From assembly GCA_030141605.1 (NCBI GenBank), contig JAQGDQ010000014.1, positions 744,001-808,000 of the forward strand: 64,000 nt of DNA, given 5' to 3'. Within the stretch, counting starts at the first letter, position 1, and each line of letters opens with the position of its first letter. This document shows positions 63,320-64,000 of the stretch, one piece after another. This DNA comes from Tubiluchus corallicola. Taxonomy: Eukaryota; Animalia; Priapulida. The translations under genes were made by a program, and so were the position numbers. Under the pieces are notes generated by a model. It saw only the letters and a program-made list of their open reading frames with translations. It did no database searches and was not told where the DNA came from.

Positions 63320-64000
63320 AATGTGTTAAAGCAAAATCAGTTTCTAAAGCTACTTGGCATTAGCCTAGATGAGAAATTAACTTTTTATCCACACATTGTC
63401 AAACTATCAATGAAAGCTTGCAAAGCTCTTTCAGTCATCAGAGAAATAAGAGGTATTGTTTCAACTGTACATCTCCTTTGTATCTATAAGTATAAAGCGC
63501 TTGCTTGCTCACTGATGGAATATGGTGGTATCGTCTAGTAAGTCGCGGTAAACAGGCTGCTCCACGCCTAGGTTTTGTCTTTATGTCCGCTGGTATTCAC
63601 TTATTGAAGATTGTCAGTAGTGCACCTCCGGTGGATATACGATTTACTGAACTTGCTGTTACAGAGCTTGCAAAATAATTGTATGTAAACCACAATCTAA
63701 TCCTCTGAAACAGCAACTAGAAGATTTTAAAGCACTTGGTTCGGGTAATACCAGATTTGTTTCTTCTATGGCAAAAAGCTGCTTCTTTGGCACAGGAGGT
63801 TGAATAAAATGAGATAATGTTATAATTTCTCAAGTGCTTCTGGAAGTTGATTCCGATCTACATGACAATTTTACAGATATTCCTGTGGCTAAACCTAATT
63901 TTTGGAATATACTAGAATCCTTAAAGAATAGGTCAGAAGCACAGGACTTTTTTGGGAATGCCTATGTTTAAATTCTTTATGCAGTCTTCCAGATAATGCT
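63320..64000 (+). mobile_element. Decayed LINE RT C-terminal fragment
   Basis: KLLGISLDEKLTFYPHI...YKALACSLMEYGGIV*. Extent is approximate. Confidence 0.75.

Overview
AT-rich, intron-containing animal (invertebrate) genomic DNA with many repeats. I found no prokaryotic features, CRISPR arrays, or rRNA/tRNA genes. All exon joins and translations were worked out by hand from the sequence. Genes: (1) an intronless, signal-peptide-bearing Xaa-Pro aminopeptidase ORF (minus, ATG 1423, runs off the left edge), apparently nested on the same strand inside an intron of (2) an arylsulfatase gene, of which two exons are visible (2945-2675, 2036-1887) and whose first intron holds a further 105-aa CxxC/CxxC ORF; (3) a probable two-exon orphan secreted coiled-coil protein (plus, 5018-5107 + 6497-6775); (4) a complete three-coding-exon, 99-aa agatoxin-like/agouti-like cystine-knot prepropeptide (minus, 13792-9833); (5) a divergent, very basic DNA topoisomerase IB gene (minus, six exons 60558-55468, catalytic pentad intact, N-terminus unresolved). 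The stretch from about 14 to 55 kb has no recognisable genes. It holds Gypsy and BEL/Pao remnants, solo LTRs in ATAT sites, hAT elements and MITEs, Helitron-like elements, LINE and Penelope-like fragments with degenerate hammerhead motifs, a 15 x 107-bp minisatellite made of reverse-transcriptase coding sequence, and many microsatellites.
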